DNA of 64,000 nucleotides from Gemmatimonadota bacterium (GTDB taxonomy: Bacteria; Gemmatimonadota; Gemmatimonadetes; Gemmatimonadales; Gemmatimonadaceae). A program made the translations under genes and the position numbers. The stretch covers positions 28,530-92,529 of the forward strand of contig JAZJZK010000004.1 in the NCBI GenBank assembly GCA_040389905.1. The letters are read 5' to 3'. Position 1 is the stretch's first letter. Each line of letters starts with the position of its first letter. The notes under the pieces are model-generated. The model was not told the DNA's origin and searched no databases. It saw nothing but the letters and a program-made list of their open reading frames with translations. Positions 18,394 through 26,998 of the stretch are shown here, piece after piece.

Positions 18394-19642
18394 CAAGCCA
18401 CCTGCGCAGCGCTGGGATGACCAGCGCAATCGGCGCTCGGCGTTGAATCACGATCTTTCCGTCCAGAAGCGTTCCACTGCCGAAGGTCATCGGTGGTCCG
18501 TCGCCGGTCGTCCACGCGAACCCACTTGGCGTCGCTGGATTTCGGTCTACCGTCACGTCCACGAGGTATGCGCCGCCGCGCGACGTGAACTGGTTGACCA
18601 ACACGTCATTCTTCAGGTAGCGATGAAGCGCCGTGCCGCTGATCGGTGCCAACGAGACGGAATGGACGGTTCCCAGGAAGTAACCGCTTTCCTCTGGCTT
18701 GACGCCGCCAGGAACCATTTCGACGCGCATCCCCGGACGTATCCGCTTCCCTTCCAGCGGAATAAAGAGCGAGACCTGAATGGGTACCGTCGACGACTCC
18801 AGCGTGACGATCGGTGTGTGGCTGGAAATTGCCTGACCGGCATCGACGAGTTGCTCCACCACGACGCCGTCGTAGGCGCTGGTTACGTTGGCCGCCGCCG
18901 CGAACTGTTCCTTCTGCGCCGCCAACCGGTGCTCCGCCTCCCAGATCTGCTGGTCGAGCGTGAAGACCGTTTGACTGCTCTGGCTCGTCAGTTGAGAGAC
19001 TCTGGCGGCGAGTTCCTGCTTCCGCGCCAACGCCCCCATGAGTTGTTGCTCGGATTCACCGCGCTGTGCGATGGTGCCCTGCGCCGCATCGGGCGTCAAC
19101 AGTCCGCGCTTGAGCGCTTGTGCCTCCAGCGCGATCCGATCATCCAGGTACTTCACCCGGTCGCGAGCGGCGACGATTGTCGCGTCCGCCTGCTTTTGCT
19201 GCTGGTCGATCGACGCGAGCTCGAGGCGCTTGCTGGACTGGACGAAGGGCACCGTCGCGGCGCGGTTTCGGCGCAGCTGTTCGAGGGTGACCTCTGTCTG
19301 CGCCACGGCGGTTTGCAACTCGGGCTGTGCGAGGATCGCGACCACCTCCCCTTTGTGCACTGGCGTGCCGGGCCGCGCGACCATCTGTTCGATCTGCCCG
19401 GCGCCATTGGATTGGACCCGGAACAATCCGCCTTCACGAATCATCAGGCCGGATCCGGCGATGGCCTCGGGGATTCGCCCGAACACTCCCCAACTCAGGG
19501 CCCCAACGACCACAGCACCAAGCGCTGCCAGTGCCATCCAGCCCTTGAGGGTAGTGACCTCCATGAGCGTGTCCAACCGCTCCGGGCTGGACAGTCGCTC
19601 GAGCGCCACAGCGCGAAAGAGGCGGCGCGGGTTGCCAGCCAT
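18386..19642 (-). CDS. NHLP bacteriocin system HlyD-family secretion protein
   Basis: LFR..ALERLSSPE.LD N-terminus, TM helix, coiled coil, PI.LVIP C-terminus. Confidence 0.92.
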   Translation of the reverse strand: MAGNPRRLFRAVALERLSSPERLDTLMEVTTLKGWMALAALGAVVVGALSWGVFGRIPEAIAGSGLMIREGGLFRVQSNGAGQIEQMVARPGTPVHKGEVVAILAQPELQTAVAQTEVTLEQLRRNRAATVPFVQSSKRLELASIDQQQKQADATIVAARDRVKYLDDRIALEAQALKRGLLTPDAAQGTIAQRGESEQQLMGALARKQELAARVSQLTSQSSQTVFTLDQQIWEAEHRLAAQKEQFAAAANVTSAYDGVVVEQLVDAGQAISSHTPIVTLESSTVPIQVSLFIPLEGKRIRPGMRVEMVPGGVKPEESGYFLGTVHSVSLAPISGTALHRYLKNDVLVNQFTSRGGAYLVDVTVDRNPATPSGFAWTTGDGPPMTFGSGTLLDGKIVIQRRAPIALVIPALRRWLGV

Positions 19643-19744
19643 GATGGAGGTTTCCGGGCTCCGCAGGCGAGGCCTCGGAGCGTGCTAGAGACGAATGCTG
19701 TCGTTGGGAGAGATGGAAACCGACGACGTCGTGCGGATAGGAAA

Positions 19745-19818
19745 TACCCTCGGGCGGACTCGAACCGCCGGCCAACGGTTTAGGAAACCGCTGCTCTATC
19801 CACCTGAGCTACGAGGGC
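19745..19818 (-). tRNA. tRNA-Arg (anticodon CCT), CCA not encoded
   Basis: GCCCTCGTAGCTCAGGTGGATAGAGCAGCGGTTTCCTAAACCGTTGGCCGGCGGTTCGAGTCCGCCCGAGGGTA folds as a cloverleaf. Confidence 0.95.
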
Positions 19819-19891
19819 AACGACTTCCCTCAAACTAGCAAGAGCGTTCGCCGCGCGGAACACTCGTTTGTGATGCGAGAACCTCGAGTCA

Positions 19892-20446
19892 TCAGACCGA
19901 GTAGAGGGACGTGCACCGGCGTGCTCCCAGTCGGTTCATTCCCTCGAGAAAAGCGATGTCGAGAAGAAAGGAACACCCGACCACGGTGCCGCCGCCCCGT
20001 TCAACGAGCTGGCACGCCGCCGCGGCGGTACCTCCAGTGGCAAGCACGTCGTCGACCACGAGCACCCGCGCCGGCGCGGCGCACGCGTCATCATGCATCG
20101 CGAGGCGGTCGGTTCCATACTCGAGGGCGTATTCCACTTCCGTCACGCGCCACGGCAGCTTCCCCGGTTTCCTGATCGGCACGAAGCCTACACCAAGCTC
20201 GATCGCCACCGGCGCGCCAAGGATGAAGCCGCGGCTCTCGATACCCGCGACATGCGTGACGCCCGATGCACGCCACGGCGCCGCCATGGCGCGCGCGACG
20301 TCGCTCAACAGTTCACCGTTACCGAGCACCGGCGTGATGTCCTTGAACAGGATGCCCGGTTTGGGAAAGTCAGGTACATCGCGCAAAGTGGCGCGGAGTC
20401 GCTCAACGAGCGCCGCATCTCCGGATGACTCCAGCTCTGTTTTCAT
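19892..20446 (-). CDS. apt: Adenine phosphoribosyltransferase
   Basis: DFPKPGILFKDITP, IESRGF, RKPGKLP, LEYG, VDDVLATGGT. Confidence 0.95.
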   Translation of the reverse strand: MKTELESSGDAALVERLRATLRDVPDFPKPGILFKDITPVLGNGELLSDVARAMAAPWRASGVTHVAGIESRGFILGAPVAIELGVGFVPIRKPGKLPWRVTEVEYALEYGTDRLAMHDDACAAPARVLVVDDVLATGGTAAAACQLVERGGGTVVGCSFLLDIAFLEGMNRLGARRCTSLYSV

Positions 20447-20718
20447 CGGCGTATGGCGAAAGGGTACGGCAGCGAGCCGTCGAGCTCGCCTTCGATGTTC
20501 TCGACAATCGTCACGCTCGCACCGGTAGGACCGACGCCAAGCGCGATACGCAACCGCTCCAGTGATGCCGCCTCGCCTCCCGCGGCAAGCTCCACCTCGC
20601 CCGTGGCGAGATTGGTCACCCAGCCGCTCAGCCCGAGGCGACGCGCCTCCTCGCGCGCGAACCACCGGAAACCAACGCCCTGCACCTTCCCACCAATCCG
20701 GAGGTGTATGCGGTGCAT
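20443..20718 (-). CDS. acyP: Acylphosphatase
   Basis: GKVQGVGFR, GWVTN motifs. Confidence 0.92.
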   Translation of the reverse strand: MHRIHLRIGGKVQGVGFRWFAREEARRLGLSGWVTNLATGEVELAAGGEAASLERLRIALGVGPTGASVTIVENIEGELDGSLPYPFAIRR

Positions 20719-20720
20719 CC

Positions 20721-21380
20721 TTATTGCTGCTCCCAACCCTGGGTTCCGAACAATGGGACGAAGCGAACGGGAGCGACGTTGCGCTCCGTCACTTTCCCTC
20801 CCTGCTTCGTGACCATGACGAGCGTCTGCTCCTCCTTCGATCCCACCGGGACGATCATTCGTCCGCCATCCGCAAGCTGATCCACCAGCGCCGGCGGCAC
20901 GCTTGGCCCGCCTGCGCTCACGAGAATCGCGTCGTACGGTGCGTATTCTCGCCAGCCGACGGTACCGTCACCGAGTAGCATCGACACGTTCGTCGCGCCC
21001 GCCCTGTTGATGGCGTCACGTGCCGACGTATAGAGCGCAGCGATCCGCTCGATCGTGAAGACCTGGGCAACAAGGTGCGACAGGAGGACGGTTTGGTAGC
21101 CGGAACCGGTACCGATTTCGAGGACCCGCTCGCTTCCCTTCAAGCCGAGAAGCTCGAGGTAGCGCGCGTGAATGCTCGGTTGCGAAATCGTCTGGCCACT
21201 CCCGATGGGAAGTGGCGCGTCTTCGTACGCGCGATGCCTGACGCCAGTGGGCACGAAGGCATGCCGCGGTGTCATATCGAACGCGCGAAGAACGGCGAGA
21301 TCGCGCACGCCCTTTTCCCGAAGTGTCTCGACGAGCCGGCGGCGTGCGCCGCCCATTTGCCCGTCTACAGATCCCGCCAC
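20721..21380 (-). CDS. pcm: Protein-L-isoaspartate O-methyltransferase
   Basis: AYED.PLPIG.GQTISQP, VLEIGTGSGYQ, APYDAI, VRFVPL; GTG start with GGGGAG RBS inferred. Confidence 0.95.
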   Translation of the reverse strand: MAGSVDGQMGGARRRLVETLREKGVRDLAVLRAFDMTPRHAFVPTGVRHRAYEDAPLPIGSGQTISQPSIHARYLELLGLKGSERVLEIGTGSGYQTVLLSHLVAQVFTIERIAALYTSARDAINRAGATNVSMLLGDGTVGWREYAPYDAILVSAGGPSVPPALVDQLADGGRMIVPVGSKEEQTLVMVTKQGGKVTERNVAPVRFVPLFGTQGWEQQ

Positions 21381-22126
21381 CAACTCCCCGATGATTCCAA
21401 CATGCTGTAGTGCGTAAGGTCCAGGTGAAGTGGCGTGATGGAGATGAACCCATCCTGAATGGCGCGAAAATCCGAGTCCGGTTCGCCCGTCCAGGTAATC
21501 GAACCGCCACCGATCCAGAAGATGTCGCGATCCCACGGATCACGCATCGGCTTGAGTGAACCGGAATACACTCGGCTCCCCAACCGCGTCAAGCGAGCAC
21601 CCCTCACGCCTTCGACTGGCACGGGGGGAAGGTTCACGTTGAGCAGCGTGTTCGCGGGAAAGCTCGGCAGTGACGTGAGGTGCGCGATCAACGGCGTCAG
21701 CACCTTCACCTGTTGCTTGAGGTACGTGAGGTCCGCCCGGAGATCTCCACCCGCGAAGGAAAACGCGATGGACGGAATGCCGAGCGCCAATCCTTCCATG
21801 GCTGCAGCAACGGTGCCCGAGTACAGGACATCCTCACCCATGTTCTGGCCATGATTGATGCCGCTGAGGATGAAGTCAGGGCGCTCCTCCATGAGCGCTT
21901 CGACCGCGATCATCACACAGTCAGTCGGCGTGCCGTCGATCTGCCAGCGGTTGTCTGCCCGCTTCACGGGCCGCAGAGGATGGTGCAGGGTCAGCGAGTG
22001 GCTCGTGGCGCTTTGCTCCCGATCCGGGGCAACCACCGTCACGTCTCCCAGCGGCTCGGCCGCCTCGATCAGACACTCGATGCCGTGCGCGAGAATACCG
22101 TCATCGTTGGTAATAAGAAATCTCAT
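21365..22126 (-). CDS. surE: 5'/3'-nucleotidase SurE
   Basis: LITNDDG, GTPTDCV, SGINHGQN, YSGTVAAA. Confidence 0.95.
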   Translation of the reverse strand: MRFLITNDDGILAHGIECLIEAAEPLGDVTVVAPDREQSATSHSLTLHHPLRPVKRADNRWQIDGTPTDCVMIAVEALMEERPDFILSGINHGQNMGEDVLYSGTVAAAMEGLALGIPSIAFSFAGGDLRADLTYLKQQVKVLTPLIAHLTSLPSFPANTLLNVNLPPVPVEGVRGARLTRLGSRVYSGSLKPMRDPWDRDIFWIGGGSITWTGEPDSDFRAIQDGFISITPLHLDLTHYSMLESSGSWWRDL

Positions 22127-22175
22127 TCTACTCGCGTGCGCACGGTGGCCCGATCGTCATCCCCGAGACAAACTA

Positions 22176-22532
22176 TCACGTATCCGCCGAGAGAAAGCGG
22201 ATGAGCTCCTTGAGATCGGTCTCGAGTGACTCGAGCGTCTGCACGGTGAGCGCCGAGCGAGCGGCTCCACGAAGTTCGCCGCCTTTGCGATGCTCATCCA
22301 CTTTCTGACGCGCGCCCTCGATCGTGTATTTCTCCGTGTACAAAAGGTGCTTCACAAGGAGGATGAGCTCGATCTCGCGGCGCTGGTAGACCCGGTTTCC
22401 TGACCGGTTCTTCGCCGGGTTGAGAAAGCGGAACTGGCTCTCCCAATAGCGGAGCACATGCGGCTTGAGATCGGTGAGCTCACACACCTCGCCGATGCTG
22501 AAGAATTCCTGGACGGGCTCGGCGGCGCTCAT
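22176..22532 (-). CDS. MerR-family transcriptional regulator
   Basis: FSIGEV..L..LKPHVLRYWE..F, YTIEGAR. Confidence 0.9.
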   Translation of the reverse strand: MSAAEPVQEFFSIGEVCELTDLKPHVLRYWESQFRFLNPAKNRSGNRVYQRREIELILLVKHLLYTEKYTIEGARQKVDEHRKGGELRGAARSALTVQTLESLETDLKELIRFLSADT

Positions 22533-23527
22533 GCGTCCTGCTCCGAGCGTAGTTCTCGCGACATCAGTTCTGTGAGCGCCTCTGGAGCCGGATAGCCGTC
22601 GAACAGAATGCGATGCACCATGGTGACGATTGGCATTTCGACGCCTTCGCGCCGGGCAAGCTCGAACGCGCTGCGCGTCGTTGCCACACCCTCGGCGACG
22701 GTTTCCTTTCCGGCAAGCGCCTCATCGAGCGTGGCACCTCGCCCAACCTCGAGGCCAACCGCCCGGTTGCGGCTCAACGAGCCGGTGCACGTGAGGACGA
22801 GGTCGCCAATTCCAGCGAGCCCTGCGAACGTCGCAGGCTGTGCACCAAGCGCGCTACCGAGCCGTGTCATTTCGGCGAGCCCGCGAGTGATGAGCGCCGC
22901 GCGCGAATTGGCCCCAAGCCCAGTCCCCTCCGCGATTCCCGCGGCAACAGCCATCACATTCTTCAACGCGCCGCCAAGTTCCACGCCGATGACGTCGTCG
23001 AGCGTGTAAACGCGCAGGTGCGAATTGCTGAGTGCGTCCTGAACGGCCTCCGCGGCGAGAACATTCTTCGACGCTGCGACGATCGCGGTCGGCTGGCTGG
23101 CGGCGACTTCCGCGGCGAAACTCGGGCCCGAGAGGGCAATGACCGAATGGTGCGGTGCCTCCTCCTCGGCGATGTCGCTCATGAGCTCGAGGGTCGTCTG
23201 TTCGATGCCCTTCGATGCCATGCACAGCGATGCCTCGCGCCCGAGCCCCGACGCAGCGGAACGGAGCACGGCGCGCACATGCTGTGACGGAACTGCGACG
23301 CACACGAGCGACGCACCACCGGTCGCTTCCGCGAGGGACGCCGTCGCGCGCAGGCGGGCGTTCAGACGCACGCCATTTAGGAAGCGCGCGTTCTCGTGGC
23401 GCTCATTCACGCTGGACACGACATCGGGCTCGAGCGCCCACAGCACCACGTCGTGCCCATTACCGGCGAGCACGTTCGCCAGTGCAGTGCCCCACGCGCC
23501 GGCGCCGATCACCGCGCACTGCGTCAT
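22529..23527 (-). CDS. gpsA: NAD(P)H-dependent glycerol-3-phosphate dehydrogenase
   Basis: GAGAWGTAL, SKGIE, SGPSFA, GGALKNV, GDLVLTC..SRN. Confidence 0.95.
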   Translation of the reverse strand: MTQCAVIGAGAWGTALANVLAGNGHDVVLWALEPDVVSSVNERHENARFLNGVRLNARLRATASLAEATGGASLVCVAVPSQHVRAVLRSAASGLGREASLCMASKGIEQTTLELMSDIAEEEAPHHSVIALSGPSFAAEVAASQPTAIVAASKNVLAAEAVQDALSNSHLRVYTLDDVIGVELGGALKNVMAVAAGIAEGTGLGANSRAALITRGLAEMTRLGSALGAQPATFAGLAGIGDLVLTCTGSLSRNRAVGLEVGRGATLDEALAGKETVAEGVATTRSAFELARREGVEMPIVTMVHRILFDGYPAPEALTELMSRELRSEQDA

Positions 23528-24135
23528 GCCTGGCTCCGTTTGCCGAAGCGGTGCTCCTCACCCCGCCGGAGCCGGCCGATGTTCGCGCGATGCGTCCAGA
23601 ACACGAACGCGCCGATGACTGCGCTGATGATGAACAGTGGAGAATCGACGCCGCGCGTAACCGCGAGCAGCGTCGGCAGCAGGATCGCCGACGCAAGGCT
23701 CCCGAGCGAGACGTACCCGAAACCCAGGACGAGCGCAACGAAGACGCCGAAGGTGATGAGCATCGGCAAAGGCGCGAGGGCGAAGAACACGCCGGCCGAT
23801 GTTGCAACCCCCTTCCCTCCCTTTCCGAACTTCAGAAACAGCGGACGAACGTGGCCGGCAATCGCCGCGACGCCAACGGCGATCGCCCAGATCGCCGGGT
23901 CACGTGGGCTCTCGATCCGCGAAGGGAGCAACAGTACGGGAATCGCGCCCTTCAATGCGTCGGCGAGGAACACGGCTACGCCGATCTTCCAGCCGAGCAC
24001 GCGGAACACATTGGTTGCGCCAAGGTTTCCCGAGCCCTGCTTTCGCAGGTCCACGCTCTTCGCCTTTCCGGCGAGATGCGCAAACGGGATGGAGCCCGAC
24101 GCGTACGCCATTGCGAGCGCGACCGCTGGATGCAC
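23524..24135 (-). CDS. plsY: Glycerol-3-phosphate acyltransferase PlsY
   Basis: GSIPF, GSGNLGATN, GGKGVAT, HRANIGRL. Confidence 0.95.
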   Translation of the reverse strand: MHPAVALAMAYASGSIPFAHLAGKAKSVDLRKQGSGNLGATNVFRVLGWKIGVAVFLADALKGAIPVLLLPSRIESPRDPAIWAIAVGVAAIAGHVRPLFLKFGKGGKGVATSAGVFFALAPLPMLITFGVFVALVLGFGYVSLGSLASAILLPTLLAVTRGVDSPLFIISAVIGAFVFWTHRANIGRLRRGEEHRFGKRSQA

Positions 24136-24137
24136 GA

Positions 24138-25463
24138 TTACGCTTCCGTCTTGGCGCCGCTCTTCCGGCGCATGAGGATACGCAGCGGATTCCCCGTGAA
24201 CGGATACGTCTCGCGGAAGCCATTGTGGAGGAATCGAATGTAGTGCTCCTCCACGAGGTCTGGATGATTGCCGAAAAAGGCAATTGTCGGCGGAGAGACG
24301 CTGACCTGCGTTGCATAATTGAGCTTCACTTCGCGGCCCGCCGCCTGGTTGGGCTGGCGGCGCGCGAGCAACTCGGCGAGCCGCTCGTTCACCAGTGATG
24401 TGGAGATGCGCACCTTCGACTGTTCATCCACAAGCTGGATGACATCGAGGATCTTGCTGACGCGCTGGCCGGTGAGCGCTGACGTGAAGAGAAACGGAAC
24501 GTGCTTGAGGAACGGCGCCTTCTCCCCAGCTTTCTTCTCGAACTTGTGCGTCGCCTTGTCGTCCTTCTCCACCAGGTCCCACTTGTTGACGACGACGATC
24601 AATCCGCGGCCAGCTTCCCACGCGAGATGGGCGATGGAGAGGTCCTGGTTGTGGAACTCGCCTTCGGTCGCGTCGATGACGAGGATGCAGATGTTCGCTC
24701 GCTCGATCGCGCGCCGAGCACGTAGCGAGGAGTAGAACTCGATGCCGTCGTCGATCTTCGACTGGCGGCGGAGCCCCGCCGTGTCGACGAAGATCAACTT
24801 CCGTCCGTGATACGTCATCGGCGTGTCGATCGCGTCGCGCGTCGTTCCGGAGATGTCGCTCACGACGAGACGCTCCTCACCGAGCAACCGGTTCACGAAC
24901 GACGACTTGCCCACATTCGGGCGGCCGACAACCGCGATGCGAAGCGCCTCTTCGTCTTCCGGAATCGACTCTGGCAGACGTTCGACGATGGCGTCGAGGA
25001 GATCACCCGAGTTCTTGCCGTTCTGCGCGGAAACGGGAAAGGGATCCCCGGCGCCGAGCCGATAGAACTCGTAGTAATCCGTGCGGCTCGGGTCGTCCAC
25101 CTTGTTCGCGACGAGCAGAATCGGCTTGCCCGAGGTCCGAAGCATTTCGCCAACGCGGGAATCGCTGGGGTGCACACCGATCTGTGCGTCCACCACAAAG
25201 AGAAACAGGTCGGCCTCCTCGATCGCCGTGGCCACTTGCCGCCGGATCTCGAGGTCCATGGGCAGGTGCGGATCGTCAGACAGCCCACCGGTGTCCACCA
25301 ACCAGAAGGCGCGACCATTCCACTCGGCTTTCGAGAAGTGGCGGTCACGCGTGGTTCCCGCCTCCTCGGAGACGATGGCCTCGTCCTCACCGATGATACG
25401 GTTGAACAGTGCGGACTTGCCGACGTTCGGGCGTCCAATCAGGGCGACGACGGGGACACTCAT
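24138..25463 (-). CDS. der: Ribosome biogenesis GTPase Der
   Basis: Two GRPNVGKS / DTGG-DTAG / NKVD-NKWD GTPase domains. Confidence 0.96.
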   Translation of the reverse strand: MSVPVVALIGRPNVGKSALFNRIIGEDEAIVSEEAGTTRDRHFSKAEWNGRAFWLVDTGGLSDDPHLPMDLEIRRQVATAIEEADLFLFVVDAQIGVHPSDSRVGEMLRTSGKPILLVANKVDDPSRTDYYEFYRLGAGDPFPVSAQNGKNSGDLLDAIVERLPESIPEDEEALRIAVVGRPNVGKSSFVNRLLGEERLVVSDISGTTRDAIDTPMTYHGRKLIFVDTAGLRRQSKIDDGIEFYSSLRARRAIERANICILVIDATEGEFHNQDLSIAHLAWEAGRGLIVVVNKWDLVEKDDKATHKFEKKAGEKAPFLKHVPFLFTSALTGQRVSKILDVIQLVDEQSKVRISTSLVNERLAELLARRQPNQAAGREVKLNYATQVSVSPPTIAFFGNHPDLVEEHYIRFLHNGFRETYPFTGNPLRILMRRKSGAKTEA

Positions 25464-26761
25464 GCTGCGCGCTGCCCGGGAATACTGGGCTCGCCTTCAA
25501 GGGTCAATACGTCGATGAAGTCGTACGAGGGATATACCGGCATCGGAAGCGTCTCACGGAGCGCTACGAAGCGCTCCTCGTCGAGGAAAAGTCCATCATC
25601 ATTGATCGTCTCGGCGGGAATGAGCGCGAGATCGAGGTCGTGCCTGTCTGCGAGAGCGCGCCTGATGTCTGCGCCAACGAGCAGTCCTGCCGTCGTGGTG
25701 GTGGGGCCAAAGAGGGAGTTCTCCATCACGATCAGGGAGAATACAGCACCCGTCTGCTCGGTCAGCGCGTCGAGCAGCTCGGGCATGAGCGCCGCCATGG
25801 AAACACCGGTAACGACGCCGATGCGCTTGCCGTCGAGGCGAGGGAGGTCGCCGAGGCCGGCGCGCACACGCTGGCGGAGCGACGTCACTGCTCCCACACC
25901 GTTCTCGATTTGCGAGAAGTCGCCATAGTGCTCGGCGTCGGGCAGCTCGCGGCCGGCGAGAAGATACAGCTCGTCGGATCCAAACACCCACCGGTCCCCG
26001 CGCTCCGCGAGCGCGCGCTCTTCCCAACGTTCGACAGCGGCGAGGATGCGATTCGAGTTATCCGCATCCATCGGCTTGCCATCGTAGAGATGAGAAAACT
26101 GCGTGACACCAACCGGCACCAGCGCGACGCTCAGCACCGCATCGCCGAGGTTCCAGAGATCCGTGAGCGATGCTTCGAGCACGTCGCCGTCGTTGAGGCC
26201 CGGGACAATGACCATCTGCCCGTGAAACTGAATTCCGCCTTCTGCCAACCGCGTCAACTGCTCGACGATATTGGGAACGCGTGGGTTGTTGAGCAGGACC
26301 TTCCGGGCCTCCCACGGCGTGGCGTGCACGGACACATACAGCGGCGAGAGACGATACTCGAGAATGCGCTGGATGTCCTTTTCCTTCACGTTGGACAGTG
26401 TCGCGAAATTCCCGTACGCGAACGACAGCCGGTAGTCGTCGTCGCGAACATAGAGCGTTTTCCGGAGCCCCTTCGGCAGGCCCTCGATGAAGCAGAACTC
26501 GCACCGGTTGGCGCAGCGACGAACGTTGGGCGGCTCGAGCTCAACGCCAAGCGCTTCGCCCTCGGGCCGCTCGACTTCGTAGACGATTTCCTCGCCGTCC
26601 GGAAGGCGGGCCTCGATGATCAGCTCCTCGTCGGCGGTCAGGAATTCCCAATCGAGGAAATCGGCCAGCTCGCGCCCATTCACCGTCAGGAGCTCCGTTC
26701 CGCGAACGACACCCATCTCTTCGCAGATGCTGCCCGGGAGAACTCGACTGACACGAACCAT
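25460..26761 (-). CDS. PDZ + radical-SAM-like Fe-S protein (DUF512 family)
   Basis: C.N.C.FCF, LYVRDDDYRLSF.YGNF, LSPLYVSVHAT, QIENGVG; ATG start at 26761 inferred. Confidence 0.85.
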   Translation of the reverse strand: MVRVSRVLPGSICEEMGVVRGTELLTVNGRELADFLDWEFLTADEELIIEARLPDGEEIVYEVERPEGEALGVELEPPNVRRCANRCEFCFIEGLPKGLRKTLYVRDDDYRLSFAYGNFATLSNVKEKDIQRILEYRLSPLYVSVHATPWEARKVLLNNPRVPNIVEQLTRLAEGGIQFHGQMVIVPGLNDGDVLEASLTDLWNLGDAVLSVALVPVGVTQFSHLYDGKPMDADNSNRILAAVERWEERALAERGDRWVFGSDELYLLAGRELPDAEHYGDFSQIENGVGAVTSLRQRVRAGLGDLPRLDGKRIGVVTGVSMAALMPELLDALTEQTGAVFSLIVMENSLFGPTTTTAGLLVGADIRRALADRHDLDLALIPAETINDDGLFLDEERFVALRETLPMPVYPSYDFIDVLTLEGEPSIPGQRAA

Positions 26762-26952
26762 AGCGCGAACGACCTCCACCGAAGCGACGGGGGAAGATCG
26801 CCAAGACTGCACGATGCTTCCCCCTGCACAGACGTCTCGGGAGCACCTGTCGCGCTCCCTCATGCAAGCTAGGAACTACAGAGGCGGAAGTCAAGAAGAA
26901 TCCAGTACTTCGGGCCTCTCGCCTAGTCTTCTTTATCACGCATATAGGCAAC

Positions 26953-26982
26953 AAAAAAGCGCCCGCCATGAGGCGAGCGCTT
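26953..26982 (-). terminator. Intrinsic terminator
   Basis: Minus strand AAGCGCTCGCC-TCAT-GGCGGGCGCTT continuing into a T6 tract. Confidence 0.75.
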
Positions 26983-26998
26983 CGTGTGGAGCAAGGAA

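Noticed and set aside
14721..19783. Long + strand ORFs (466, 423 and 487 aa) opposite the transporter genes
   Set aside because: Arg/His-rich shadow frames fully overlapping well-supported - strand genes
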